From: a virus
Reading direction: 5' to 3' (one strand)
Length of the DNA: 64,000 nucleotides
Virus record (IMG/VR): IMGVR_UViG_3300049489_000477
Coordinates: 1-64,000 of that record
Made by a program: the position numbers and the translations under genes. A model generated the notes under the pieces. It had not been told where the DNA came from and did no database searches. It worked only from the letters and a program-made list of their open reading frames with translations. Positions 46,219-55,729 of this stretch are shown piece by piece; the first letter of the stretch is position 1, and the number at the start of each line of letters is the position of its first letter.

Positions 46219-46877
46219 TATACTCTATTATACACGGTCTTGTATTCGTCAGCCATGACGAAACTGGTATAAATCCAGTTAACAGTTATAAAAGCTTTAT
46301 TTGGATCGGCAGAATCCATTTTTATAGAGCTAACCGACTGTGGGTGCATGCCTTCGAATTTTATTTCAACGGTCTTGTCACGATTGTTGTCCAATAGCAA
46401 TAGGTGACCATCGGTATAAAATGATCTGTTGTATCTATGAGCCGTATATTGCATGATGGCTTCTGGATTCGCTGCTGCAACCAACCAGTAATAGAAAAAT
46501 CTTGGTATAAAGAAGTTTTCATCGACTTGCAGCGTTGTGGTCAGAGCATCGAACTTCATTTTACCATTGGCAAACTTGACATCGGCTGTTGAGAACAAAC
46601 CAAGTGATGCTGCATCAATGGAGCAACCCGGTATATCAATAGACTTTAAAAATAATGCTAAATTTTTAACATCATTGTTCGCTTCGATGTATGCGTCCTT
46701 ATTATTGAACTTCGCATAATCGTCGGGTCTTGGACCAAGCGCATTTAAGCACTTGGTATTAAACTTTGACATTAAAAAACTTACAGGAATATTGTCTAGA
46801 ACGAATACGAAGTTGTTCGTATGAAATTCATTGAGTATGACTTCACTGTTATAGACTATGTTGCAGCAAGATGCCAT
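46218..46877 (-). CDS. Tail tube terminator, T4 gp3-like
   Basis: SIDIPG...KFDALTTTLQVDE...YWL...TDGHLLLLDNN...IKFEGMHP.SVS...VNWIY matches the gp3/gp19 fold pattern. Confidence 0.65.
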   Translation of the reverse strand: MASCCNIVYNSEVILNEFHTNNFVFVLDNIPVSFLMSKFNTKCLNALGPRPDDYAKFNNKDAYIEANNDVKNLALFLKSIDIPGCSIDAASLGLFSTADVKFANGKMKFDALTTTLQVDENFFIPRFFYYWLVAAANPEAIMQYTAHRYNRSFYTDGHLLLLDNNRDKTVEIKFEGMHPQSVSSIKMDSADPNKAFITVNWIYTSFVMADEYKTVYNRV

Positions 46878-46879
46878 GT

Positions 46880-47299
46880 TTAGACCTCATCATCCAAAAT
46901 ACGGAAATGCTTTATTGACTTGGAAACTGCTTGATAATTAGGAGCCGGTGAACCCGATGTGCCGGATGTTCCCGTTGTTCCAGGTGTTCCAGAAGTGCCA
47001 GAGGTGCAGACTGTGCTACTTTCTGGGACTGTATTTGTAAGTGATATATCCACTTTGTACAACCCCACAGGGTAGTTCTCATCCGTTTGCAGTCGATAAA
47101 GATACCACCCGATGCGATCTGCGCAAGGCGTCATTGGACAGTCAACGAAAAGGTTTCCGCATGGCTCATAAATCTTGATCCATGCCAAATCAGCTACTCT
47201 ATAGTCGTTCAACGACATAGGAACTGTTCTATCAACATATGGGCGATTGCTGACTTCGAATGTTATGGAATCGCCGCGTCTAAAGTCTGCATCTGGCAT
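46880..47299 (-). CDS. Putative baseplate/virion protein with TSG repeats
   Basis: FRRGDSITFEV N-terminus, TSGTSGTPGTTGTSGTSGSP insert; located in the baseplate operon. Confidence 0.55.
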   Translation of the reverse strand: MPDADFRRGDSITFEVSNRPYVDRTVPMSLNDYRVADLAWIKIYEPCGNLFVDCPMTPCADRIGWYLYRLQTDENYPVGLYKVDISLTNTVPESSTVCTSGTSGTPGTTGTSGTSGSPAPNYQAVSKSIKHFRILDDEV

Positions 47300-47301
47300 G
47301 T

Positions 47302-47568
47302 TTATTTCCTTATTCCGTCACCGTATATATAAAGCTCAACAATTGATGATGGGACGATACGAATATCATCAATTCTTGGGGGCATGAATCTCTGACAACC
47401 AGATAAGCCTGGGGTTGGGGTTGGGTTTCCCGAGGGGCTTGCTGATACGCCTGGTATTTCAGAAGCACATGGATAGGTATAATCTGTACGATGAATATCA
47501 CCTTGTGGTGTACCGCTATCGTCGGTCACCACATCCCATTCGTCCCAATTGAATCTCTGTATAGGCAA
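47302..47568 (-). CDS. Hypothetical protein
   Basis: 88-aa ORF with TTG start after AAGGA; TATAAATA at 47622-47629 upstream. Confidence 0.5.
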   Translation of the reverse strand: MPIQRFNWDEWDVVTDDSGTPQGDIHRTDYTYPCASEIPGVSASPSGNPTPTPGLSGCQRFMPPRIDDIRIVPSSIVELYIYGDGIRK

Positions 47569-47580
47569 AGTTAATCCTTA

Positions 47581-48999
47581 TTAGCTTTCTAAGTCTTCTG
47601 GTTCATTCGTTCCCGTAATGGTATTTATATTTTTAACTGTATTTGTCGGATCTTTAATATCCACAAATCCATCATTTATAAATGTAATTGACGAATAACA
47701 GCTATTAATGAGGAATGTATCAACAACTTCCCATGTTATCCATGCGCCCGAAAACATCTTATCATTCGCATCTTGGTTGTCATCGGATCCTCCGTTAAAT
47801 ATCAATTCGGCTCGTTCTCCGACTTGTCTACCTTCAAATATAGGGGTCATTGCCTTGCAATTTATTCCAGCTTTTAAAAGAATTTTACCGTAGTAGTTTT
47901 TCATTTCATTTTTTATTAAAAGTTCGCCCTCTTTTTTATTCCATGGCGCGGTTAAAAAGGAACTCCATTGGTTTCCGTAGCTGTGTTGATTAGCCACAAA
48001 TTTATTGAGTCCTTTGTATCTTTTTATAAAATCCTTGACATCGGAATTCACATATTCATTATCTTCAATGTAATCAAATAATACATTTGTCGTGCCGCTC
48101 ATATCAAGTGATTCTTTTGCATCGTAGTAGTTAAATGAAAAACTATTTATGACATCGGTTACATTGTATCTTTCATTTTGCGTCGATGATAATTTACTGA
48201 CTTCTTGATATGTATTTGAATACAGTCTAAATTTTTGTGAATCGTCTACGAACGAAAAAATTGGTTTTAGTTGTAAGACCGCTTTATCTTTATCTGGTTT
48301 TGAACTCATGTTAAATACATAATTCGAATATTTTTTCTTCTCCGACAAAGCGTATTTGTTGCAGAAATTAGCAACTTTCATGAGATTCCAACCAGGAACA
48401 TAGAAGTTAATATTGTCTTTTACGCTATCTTCAATTTCCACATCGTACCATGTGTCGAAATTCTTTATTTGCTTAATACAATCTTTTACGATATCTGTAA
48501 GGCGTAATTTTGGTGTATTATATGCATCGATTGGATATGTTTTATATAGCTGTTGGGCGAGCAAAAAATTGAATATTGGAAATTCTACGAGTTTTATGAT
48601 AAGTGACTTATTTCTATTGGCTGATTCACCGTATGATGTATTTTCTTCGGTTATCTTGAGTATTCTAAAAATAAGTATCTTTTCTTTTGATGTAGATCCC
48701 GATACATTGCTCTTGTATGCAATCGCCACCAATTCATTACCAGTAAGCGGTGCAACTGATCGCCAACCAAGCGGATCGGTGACATTCATGTCAGCAATAC
48801 GGAACATACCATCAAGAGAATCGTAAATTGAAAATGACTCAACAAATTCTGATATTTGATTTTTAAAGCATTTTTCTATAATAGCTTCTGGACCTTCTTG
48901 AATAGATTTTTCTGTGAATCGAGTAACACCGATACGACGATCACATGTGTATGATAATTTTTGTGCGCTATTCTGATCTAGTGCTGGATTATCTGTCAT
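47581..48999 (-). CDS. Baseplate hub protein, gp27-like
   Basis: FSIYDSLDG..ADMNVTD...PLTGNELV N-terminus and KMFSGAWITWEV C-terminus; follows the gp53-like gene. Confidence 0.55.
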   Translation of the reverse strand: MTDNPALDQNSAQKLSYTCDRRIGVTRFTEKSIQEGPEAIIEKCFKNQISEFVESFSIYDSLDGMFRIADMNVTDPLGWRSVAPLTGNELVAIAYKSNVSGSTSKEKILIFRILKITEENTSYGESANRNKSLIIKLVEFPIFNFLLAQQLYKTYPIDAYNTPKLRLTDIVKDCIKQIKNFDTWYDVEIEDSVKDNINFYVPGWNLMKVANFCNKYALSEKKKYSNYVFNMSSKPDKDKAVLQLKPIFSFVDDSQKFRLYSNTYQEVSKLSSTQNERYNVTDVINSFSFNYYDAKESLDMSGTTNVLFDYIEDNEYVNSDVKDFIKRYKGLNKFVANQHSYGNQWSSFLTAPWNKKEGELLIKNEMKNYYGKILLKAGINCKAMTPIFEGRQVGERAELIFNGGSDDNQDANDKMFSGAWITWEVVDTFLINSCYSSITFINDGFVDIKDPTNTVKNINTITGTNEPEDLES

Positions 49000-49372
49000 T
49001 TGTTATCTCGTTATCTTTTGCGTTTTTAAATCTACTTAGCGTAAACAATAATGAGAAGAGATATGTAGGTCTTAAGATATTAATACTTTCGTTATTGTCG
49101 CGCACATCGTCTAAAAAGTCAAATGGATCTTCTGCATCATTTACCAGTGGTATTATCCACCACAATTTTGGATCATCATAAAACTTTTTAGCAATTCCAT
49201 CCAAAGTATCTGTTTTTACTGGTCGGTACACAACATAAGAATCTGATTTATATAACTCTGGAATAACAATAACTCTAAATGAATTCCATATGTCTAAAAT
49301 ATTATAATTGTCATCATCAGTTATTTCAGGAAATAGATTTATAAAGCTTCGTTGTGAAAATTGCTGTATCAT
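48989..49372 (-). CDS. Baseplate wedge protein, gp53-like (LysM-type)
   Basis: YRPVKTDTLDGIAKKFYDDPKLWWIIPLVND..DPF. Confidence 0.8.
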   Translation of the reverse strand: MIQQFSQRSFINLFPEITDDDNYNILDIWNSFRVIVIPELYKSDSYVVYRPVKTDTLDGIAKKFYDDPKLWWIIPLVNDAEDPFDFLDDVRDNNESINILRPTYLFSLLFTLSRFKNAKDNEITNDR

Positions 49373-49375
49373 ATA

Positions 49376-50413
49376 TTAACTTTCAAATTGTGAATATGTT
49401 GTTTGTGACGAAGACATAATACTATTGAAGCTATTATAAATCTTTTCGAAATCGTCCTTGAACATTCTTTCGCCTGATCTGAAAGACATGCTTACTTTTG
49501 CAACGGAAGGAAATGCCCTGGTTTCGATCTTTGCAGATGGTTCAGATCCCCGTAATATGTTAAATTGGCTGGTTTCTGATGCGGTAGCGTTGTACCAAGG
49601 ACCATCGTATGTAACGGTAAAACCCATACAGTGACAATTTGTGTATGAATATAAGCCAGATTGGTGGTATATGTTGAACAAACATGGCGGCTTTAATGTA
49701 TATTGGCGTGCCGTCAGTGAACCTTGTTCTGTAACTGCTTGCGCGGCTTCACCAAGTGCCGCAGTACCTTCTTCTATGATGCTTCCACCCTCTGTATTTG
49801 AGTATCTTTTTGGATATGTTAGCGACACCAATCCCATGATTGGCTTATATATGTCTCGTAAAAAATTGTTATTTGTGAAAAGTTCAAAATTTATGGTGAC
49901 TGTTTGATATTCTGTGTCTGCGTATGTATATTGGTAATCGGTACGACGAGTTGACGGAACTGCGAAATCGTCGCCGCCTTTAAAATATGTTACCGCATTC
50001 TGTGCCAGTGCCCCATAAACCGCTATAGTTTCTGGTGCTTTGTTAATGGCATTATAGAAAAAATCCAGTGGTCCTTTTCCGCCAGGATTCCATGTGTGCT
50101 TTCCTTCTATAGTTGGTTGGTTCTTCAAAAGAATTCTAAATTTACCTTCAAATTTTGACGGACCAGAGCCGCCGCCATAATCCAGTTTTACCTTCGGTAT
50201 TGGACCCGAATTGTCGGTAGTTACTTTCACTGGCTGATAATTAAATGCATGTAATACTACTTCGTTAAGGAATGCATCTGATGCTGGGGACGATGGGTTT
50301 GTGTTTGGTGCCTTTATAAATGGATTATTTTTTGCATCAACTTGGGTTGGTGTTCTCGTCAAACCAAAATCACTTAATGCTTCTGTTGTTGGTAACTTTA
50401 TTTCGTCGGTCAT
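49376..50413 (-). CDS. Baseplate tail-tube cap, gp48-like
   Basis: TVTINFEL, LKPPCLFNI, CHCMGFTVTY, FPSVAKVSMSF; lies between the tape measure and gp53. Confidence 0.6.
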   Translation of the reverse strand: MTDEIKLPTTEALSDFGLTRTPTQVDAKNNPFIKAPNTNPSSPASDAFLNEVVLHAFNYQPVKVTTDNSGPIPKVKLDYGGGSGPSKFEGKFRILLKNQPTIEGKHTWNPGGKGPLDFFYNAINKAPETIAVYGALAQNAVTYFKGGDDFAVPSTRRTDYQYTYADTEYQTVTINFELFTNNNFLRDIYKPIMGLVSLTYPKRYSNTEGGSIIEEGTAALGEAAQAVTEQGSLTARQYTLKPPCLFNIYHQSGLYSYTNCHCMGFTVTYDGPWYNATASETSQFNILRGSEPSAKIETRAFPSVAKVSMSFRSGERMFKDDFEKIYNSFNSIMSSSQTTYSQFES

Positions 50414-50414
50414 A

Positions 50415-53324
50415 TTATGCTATCCCTTTCGATAAGCTTTGTATGCCCAGCATGGAGTAATCTGGTGGGGTGAAATGTTGAACTGGCGGCTTTTCTTTCG
50501 CTGATGTCTTGTCTAATTTATTAGCTATATCATTCAAAACTTTTAAGACTGTAGAATTCTGGTCAGAAATAGTTGACTTCAAATCACCAACTTGGGCGGC
50601 TGTCTTGTCGGATGTTGGTGTCTTACTAGCATTATCAAGATTAGACTTCAATTGGTCAGCCGGATCTCTATATCCTGCTGGTGGTTCTATTGGCTTTCCA
50701 GTTTCAAGTGCTTTATCCATTCTACTGAATGCATCGTCGCTCTTATCAAGTGCTGTACTTGGTGATGCTGCCTTCTTCTCAGCTTCTACTTTTGGTTCAG
50801 CCGATTTCTTTGGCTTCATGAAGTTGTTGATATATTCTTCCATGGTTCCTAAACGCTGTGGAAGAAGTTGTGAGTAGAACAAGTCACCTTTTGCCAACAT
50901 ATCTGGGTCGAGATTGGATTTTGAATCTTCCTTACTCTCAACAATTCCTTTGATTTTACTCCATATTCCAGATACGCTTCTGAGTTTATCCAACGCAGAT
51001 TTGGCTTTATTTACATTTATTCTACCAGTTCGTGTATCGACCATCAAGTCGCCTGCTGCCGAGCTTAATATGGATGTTATCTCATTTCCTAATTCCGAAA
51101 TGGATCCTTGCGATTGGCTAGCCATCATAGCTGGTCCAATACTCATTTTACGCAAAGCTTGTGATACAGCCGCTGCCCGAGCAACCTCTTCTGATACTTG
51201 TTTTCCGTCCGGTAACGGTTTCATGAATTGATTAACTGATTGTTCGTAATCATCACCAGACATATTTTTTATACGATCAGTATTCTTTGATTCGACGCCA
51301 GATTTTTGTGAGTTAGCTTGTGCGGTGTCGAATAAAAGTCCACCAGCGGTTCCTATGTTCTTGCCCCACTGAACTGGAGCAGATAAAACATCAAGTGCAG
51401 TTTTTCCAGTGCCCGACCAGAATCCATCTTTATAATTTTCCTTAACATTTCCAAATCCCAAAGTATCAGCGACTCTTCCACCAACACCTTTTTGAGATAA
51501 GCGCATAGCTTCTTTTCCACGCGCATCTTTGTCAAAGGCGGTTGTATATGCACCATATGCTGCCATTGCTGGACCCATAAAGGCGGCGGCTTTACTCGCA
51601 ACACTTCCGACTTTACCAAGTCCCGCCATTAATCTAGGAGCCATCGATGTCATTTTTCCAACATTTGTGGCTACGCTAGAACCGACATTACCAATAGCCG
51701 AAGCCGCTCTACCAGCGACCCCAGCAGCCTTTGAACCAATACTACGGAAAGCCGAGCCGACTCGACCAGTAGCGCCGGAAACTGCTCTTCCCATTGATGC
51801 TTTGGCACCGGAAACTGCACGCCTGGCTGCTGATACTGCTCTACCGGCTTTTGATCCACGCATTGCAAGTTTAGCTTTTCTAAATGCTCTGCTTAAGCGA
51901 CCACCCTTTCGTGCGCCAGCGGCTCCTTTACCACCACGGCGTAGGTCCAATAGGTCTAATAATGAATCAAACAGACCTCCACCACCTTCGCCGCCTTCGC
52001 CAAGTAATCCACTTCCTTTCAATTTAGCAACAATTTCGTCAACCAAATTGTACTTTACATATTTTTCAAGTCTATCGACCTTTTCATCAACATCCTCTGT
52101 GCTTTCGGCAAGTCCGTCCGCTTCGTTATCTATTCCATCGACTTTTCTAACCAATCTACGCATAGCAGCGTCATTATCATCATCAATATCCGCTTCGTTA
52201 CGCATATCGTTTGAAATAAGTTCAATAGCTTTCTCTGTATCTTTCTTAATTTGTTCACCAAGTGTCCTTGGCATAGGTTCATTATCCATGGATGGGTCGA
52301 ATCCTGGCAACGGAGTTTCGCCAGATTGTTTTTTGTCTTTCATGTACCTTGGTTGAATCTTTGCACCCACATATCCAAATGCTTTCTGAAGACCACCACC
52401 AAGCGATTGTTCGATACTGGCTTGTGTCGATGGTGCTGAATGATCTTGAGCAAAATATCCGAATGCGTCACTAATAAGTGACCTTGCTGCCGTCATGCCT
52501 CCAGAAAACTTCTCCTTGAGAATTTTAAGCTTCGATTCTTGTTCAGCTATGATCTTATCTTTTTCTTCGTCTAGTTTTCGTAACTTCTTTTCCTTTTCGA
52601 TTTCTGATGGTGTTTTATTATTGTTATCATCTAGCTCTTTGTTGAGGCTCTTTGCTAAACTCTTTACTTCCGTATCAGATAATTTTTCGCCCTTGTTTAT
52701 TTTCGCCATCAATTTTTCAACGGTAGAATTGACGGCTTTAAATTGGTTATCTATCTTATTGGTTAATTCTTTGTGATTTTCTTTGGCTGTTTTCTGAAAA
52801 TCTTGAAATGTTGGTAGCAACTTTTCTTCTTGCTTAGGTTCTACATGTGACTTTGGGGCAATCAACTTCGACATGCCGCCAAACATGCTCTGAATCGACT
52901 TACCAAGTGATTGCTCAATACTTGCTTGTGTTGCTGGGGCTGAATGGTCTTTAGCAAAATATCCAAATGCATCGCTTGCGACTGACCTGGCTCCTGTTAC
53001 GCCACCCGAAAGATACTTTTCACCAAATACCTTGAATTCACCTTTTATTTTGGCTAATGTTTCTTCTTTATCTTTATCTCTTTGCTTTTTAAATTCATTA
53101 AGTATTTCGTCTGATAGTTGCTGTGGTGTCTTCTGTTTGCTTTGAGCTTCGAATTTTTCTTTTAATGCTTTGATGGTATTTTCACTACCGCCAAATTTTG
53201 TCATCAATTCAGCCATTGATGCAGAAAGAATATGCATCTCATGCCGCATGTCCATTAATGCTTGCTTCATGAGGTCTTGGTCAGACACCCCTATTTGATC
53301 AGCAATAATGCGACTATCAGCCAT
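50415..53324 (-). CDS. Tape-measure-like protein
   Basis: 969 aa, helical, Ala/Gly/Lys-rich middle; canonical position after the tube and chaperone genes and before baseplate genes. Confidence 0.65.
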   Translation of the reverse strand: MADSRIIADQIGVSDQDLMKQALMDMRHEMHILSASMAELMTKFGGSENTIKALKEKFEAQSKQKTPQQLSDEILNEFKKQRDKDKEETLAKIKGEFKVFGEKYLSGGVTGARSVASDAFGYFAKDHSAPATQASIEQSLGKSIQSMFGGMSKLIAPKSHVEPKQEEKLLPTFQDFQKTAKENHKELTNKIDNQFKAVNSTVEKLMAKINKGEKLSDTEVKSLAKSLNKELDDNNNKTPSEIEKEKKLRKLDEEKDKIIAEQESKLKILKEKFSGGMTAARSLISDAFGYFAQDHSAPSTQASIEQSLGGGLQKAFGYVGAKIQPRYMKDKKQSGETPLPGFDPSMDNEPMPRTLGEQIKKDTEKAIELISNDMRNEADIDDDNDAAMRRLVRKVDGIDNEADGLAESTEDVDEKVDRLEKYVKYNLVDEIVAKLKGSGLLGEGGEGGGGLFDSLLDLLDLRRGGKGAAGARKGGRLSRAFRKAKLAMRGSKAGRAVSAARRAVSGAKASMGRAVSGATGRVGSAFRSIGSKAAGVAGRAASAIGNVGSSVATNVGKMTSMAPRLMAGLGKVGSVASKAAAFMGPAMAAYGAYTTAFDKDARGKEAMRLSQKGVGGRVADTLGFGNVKENYKDGFWSGTGKTALDVLSAPVQWGKNIGTAGGLLFDTAQANSQKSGVESKNTDRIKNMSGDDYEQSVNQFMKPLPDGKQVSEEVARAAAVSQALRKMSIGPAMMASQSQGSISELGNEITSILSSAAGDLMVDTRTGRINVNKAKSALDKLRSVSGIWSKIKGIVESKEDSKSNLDPDMLAKGDLFYSQLLPQRLGTMEEYINNFMKPKKSAEPKVEAEKKAASPSTALDKSDDAFSRMDKALETGKPIEPPAGYRDPADQLKSNLDNASKTPTSDKTAAQVGDLKSTISDQNSTVLKVLNDIANKLDKTSAKEKPPVQHFTPPDYSMLGIQSLSKGIA

Positions 53325-53326
53325 AA

Positions 53327-53578
53327 TTAACCTCGAATTGCCTTATAAAGATTGGTTATACCTTCAATGATAAGTTCATTCATTTGTTCTTTTTCTCTTG
53401 TTTCATCGTTTCTTTTCTCTTCGTATGTGTTTTTAAAAGTAAACGAATGGAAAATAAACTCAAAAAACTCTAGTTCTTCCGCCTGATGTATATTTATACA
53501 ACCTTCGGAATTTTTTATAAGCTCAAGAATATCACGAAGCAATTCGAGGTAATATTCTCGTTCAATTGTTATTTTATA
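53327..53578 (-). CDS. gp51-like baseplate hub/tail assembly chaperone C-terminal ORF, probably reached by -1 frameshift from the gp26-like gene
   Basis: INIHQAEELEFFEF resembles the gp51/gpT-type motif; no ATG near the 5' end; the frame is open back to the T TTT TTT run at 53578-53584. Confidence 0.6.
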   Translation of the reverse strand, partial: YKITIEREYYLELLRDILELIKNSEGCINIHQAEELEFFEFIFHSFTFKNTYEEKRNDETREKEQMNELIIEGITNLYKAIRG

Positions 53579-54354
53579 AAAAAATCAATAAACTTGACCT
53601 CATCTTTACTCTGTTGTTGACAATGAACGCATGTAAAGTCCATTTCTAAAAATGTTCCAAAACCTTTGATCTGCGCGAAGTAGTTTTTTATGCGTTCAAA
53701 ATCATCCAGGGTCAACGATTCAGCAAATTCAACTCTTTCTTTTATAGATGGTGTTACTTCTTTCTTCACATCATCAATAGATACCGTTATTGCTTTGATT
53801 GTAGATGCCAAGAAAATAAAATTCTTCTCTACCTCACTCGTTACCTTGGAATCCTTAATATATTTCTCTATTTCAAGGTTGTCGCCACGCGACAGCAAGC
53901 CGACTGCGAAGGAAACATCACCGTTTTTAGAAACAATAACATTCGTTTGCTCTGGTTCTTTAAAAAACTTGGTCGTGATGTTTGTAAATGGGAATTTTAC
54001 ATCAACATTTGTCTTACCGCATGCTGAACATACATGGTCTATGGAGGCGTAGTCAAATTCCGTTGAATTTTTTCGTATTTCAGTCAAAATCTGCTGCCGT
54101 TCTTGATCTACTAGCTTTTTAGCATCAATGGGCACTTCATCATCGGTTGCTGCGTATTTTTCAATAAGTTTGTCTGCAAAGGCATCAATAGCCGTCTCAT
54201 CAGAACCTTCCAGCACCTTTAAAAATTCCTTTTTGTCTCGTATTTTTATAGGGCGAAGCAAAATTTCTTTCCCGCTATAACATAATGTGACGGGCTTTGG
54301 TGCCGCTTTTGTTAAATACGCTTTTTTAATATCAGACATATTAATATCAGACAT
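53569..54354 (-). CDS. Baseplate hub subunit/chaperone, T4 gp26-like
   Basis: SGKEILLRPIKIRDKK, EIRKNS, CSACG and CVHC zinc pairs, C-terminal DFF. Confidence 0.75.
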   Translation of the reverse strand: MSDINMSDIKKAYLTKAAPKPVTLCYSGKEILLRPIKIRDKKEFLKVLEGSDETAIDAFADKLIEKYAATDDEVPIDAKKLVDQERQQILTEIRKNSTEFDYASIDHVCSACGKTNVDVKFPFTNITTKFFKEPEQTNVIVSKNGDVSFAVGLLSRGDNLEIEKYIKDSKVTSEVEKNFIFLASTIKAITVSIDDVKKEVTPSIKERVEFAESLTLDDFERIKNYFAQIKGFGTFLEMDFTCVHCQQQSKDEVKFIDFFIK

Positions 54355-54413
54355 GAGATATCCCCTTGTTGTTTAAATTATACCCTAAAAACCAATTACT
54401 TTTTATAAGAAAA

Positions 54414-55001
54414 TTAGTCGGTAGGTCTGTTGTTTGTTTGTTTTGGCTCTTGTTTATTTGACGGACTAAACAACTCTATTGTGTAGAAATCATATGTAAA
54501 ATTAACATTAAAATGAGCCAAATCATTAGATGCGTTGTTTAATTCGTACCCACCAACCTTGCGTGGGAAGAAACCATTCATGGTATATTTGCAAACTGGT
54601 TGACCAACTCTATTCAATTGATATACATGCGCAATTCTCTTGTATGACTTTTGCGTGGCAGCAGCTTTGCGGTTAAAATCCCATGCCAAAGATGACCATG
54701 CCAGAAAAGTTGATCGCAAAATATACGAATCGTCTGACCAAAATGTAACCGCCCAATCATCATCAAATCGTATACCCTCAACTGCCTTTATACTGAGATG
54801 TTGAAACTCTATATTTTTTGATTTTAACTCGAAATTTGGTAAAGTTAGTGTTTGTGCAAATGCTGTTAATGTCGTTTTATCATCGGGTACGATACCAATG
54901 GCTGGTATTTCGATAGCAAACATGTAAGAACGAGCAAAATCGCCGCCCAAAGCGGCGATTTTTTCTCTAAAACCTACAAGATTGATGTTGTGTATAGTCA
55001 T
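54414..55001 (-). CDS. Tail tube paralogue (gp19 fold; gp54-like initiator?)
   Basis: FARSYMFAIEIP, LTLP, WAVTFWSDD, YQLNRVG, GFFP, FNVNFTYDFY; clearly paralogous to 55042..55707. Confidence 0.7.
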   Translation of the reverse strand: MTIHNINLVGFREKIAALGGDFARSYMFAIEIPAIGIVPDDKTTLTAFAQTLTLPNFELKSKNIEFQHLSIKAVEGIRFDDDWAVTFWSDDSYILRSTFLAWSSLAWDFNRKAAATQKSYKRIAHVYQLNRVGQPVCKYTMNGFFPRKVGGYELNNASNDLAHFNVNFTYDFYTIELFSPSNKQEPKQTNNRPTD

Positions 55002-55041
55002 AAAAGAATTATACCAACAAAACCAACAACATTAAGCGTTT

Positions 55042-55707
55042 TTATGCGTCTATTGGTCTGTTCGCTACCTGTGCTGGCTCGTCTGTGTTAACTTCATTAC
55101 TTGGAATGTTACGGTTAGGTGCAGATACAACCGCTCTTTCACTGTTATCACTTCCAATGTTGACTGCCTTGGCGTTAGCACCAGTAGCTACGGTATAGAA
55201 GTCATATGTAAATGTTACATTAAACTTCGCTGGTTCTACATCGTCGTGTCCCAACTTTGGTGATTCAACGATACTTGGGAACAAACCATAGAAGGCATAA
55301 ACCAATACTGGTGATCCAAGACGATCAAGCTGGCTTACATATATCTTATCCTTCTTATAGCTGGTAAGAGCAGCCCCTTCCATCGTTCCTGGGTCATGAA
55401 TATACGAGGTCCAGCGAAGGAGGTTTCCGCGAAGAGCCTGCGCTTCATCAGCCAAGCACTCGACTTGCCATGTTTGGTCAAATTCGACTACCGATGCGAC
55501 TTGCATCTTCATGCCTTGGAAACCGATTGGACTCGTCTTGACCTTGTACGCAGGAAGAGTTATTGATCGAACCATCATTGATAATGTGTTCGTTCCAGCA
55601 TCATCAAGCCACTGTGGCATGTCGATTTTGAACATGAATGACCTGGACCAATCTCCAAGTACAGTTCTAAATCCTACCAAGTTCTGGTTAAAAGCTTTGA
55701 TTGCCAT
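55042..55707 (-). CDS. Tail tube protein, T4 gp19-like
   Basis: RSFMFKI, SITLPA, QLDRLG, YGLFPS, FNVTFTYDFY; directly after the sheath gene with AAGGAG RBS. Confidence 0.8.
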   Translation of the reverse strand: MAIKAFNQNLVGFRTVLGDWSRSFMFKIDMPQWLDDAGTNTLSMMVRSITLPAYKVKTSPIGFQGMKMQVASVVEFDQTWQVECLADEAQALRGNLLRWTSYIHDPGTMEGAALTSYKKDKIYVSQLDRLGSPVLVYAFYGLFPSIVESPKLGHDDVEPAKFNVTFTYDFYTVATGANAKAVNIGSDNSERAVVSAPNRNIPSNEVNTDEPAQVANRPIDA

Positions 55708-55729
55708 TGTTTTTTACTCCTTAATTAGA

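Noticed and set aside
51529-52356. Long antisense ORFs (e.g. 51529..52356, 5449..6039, 26207..26821, 56081..56674)
   Set aside because: They overlap well-supported genes on the other strand, lack RBS and recognisable motifs, and are expected from codon bias.
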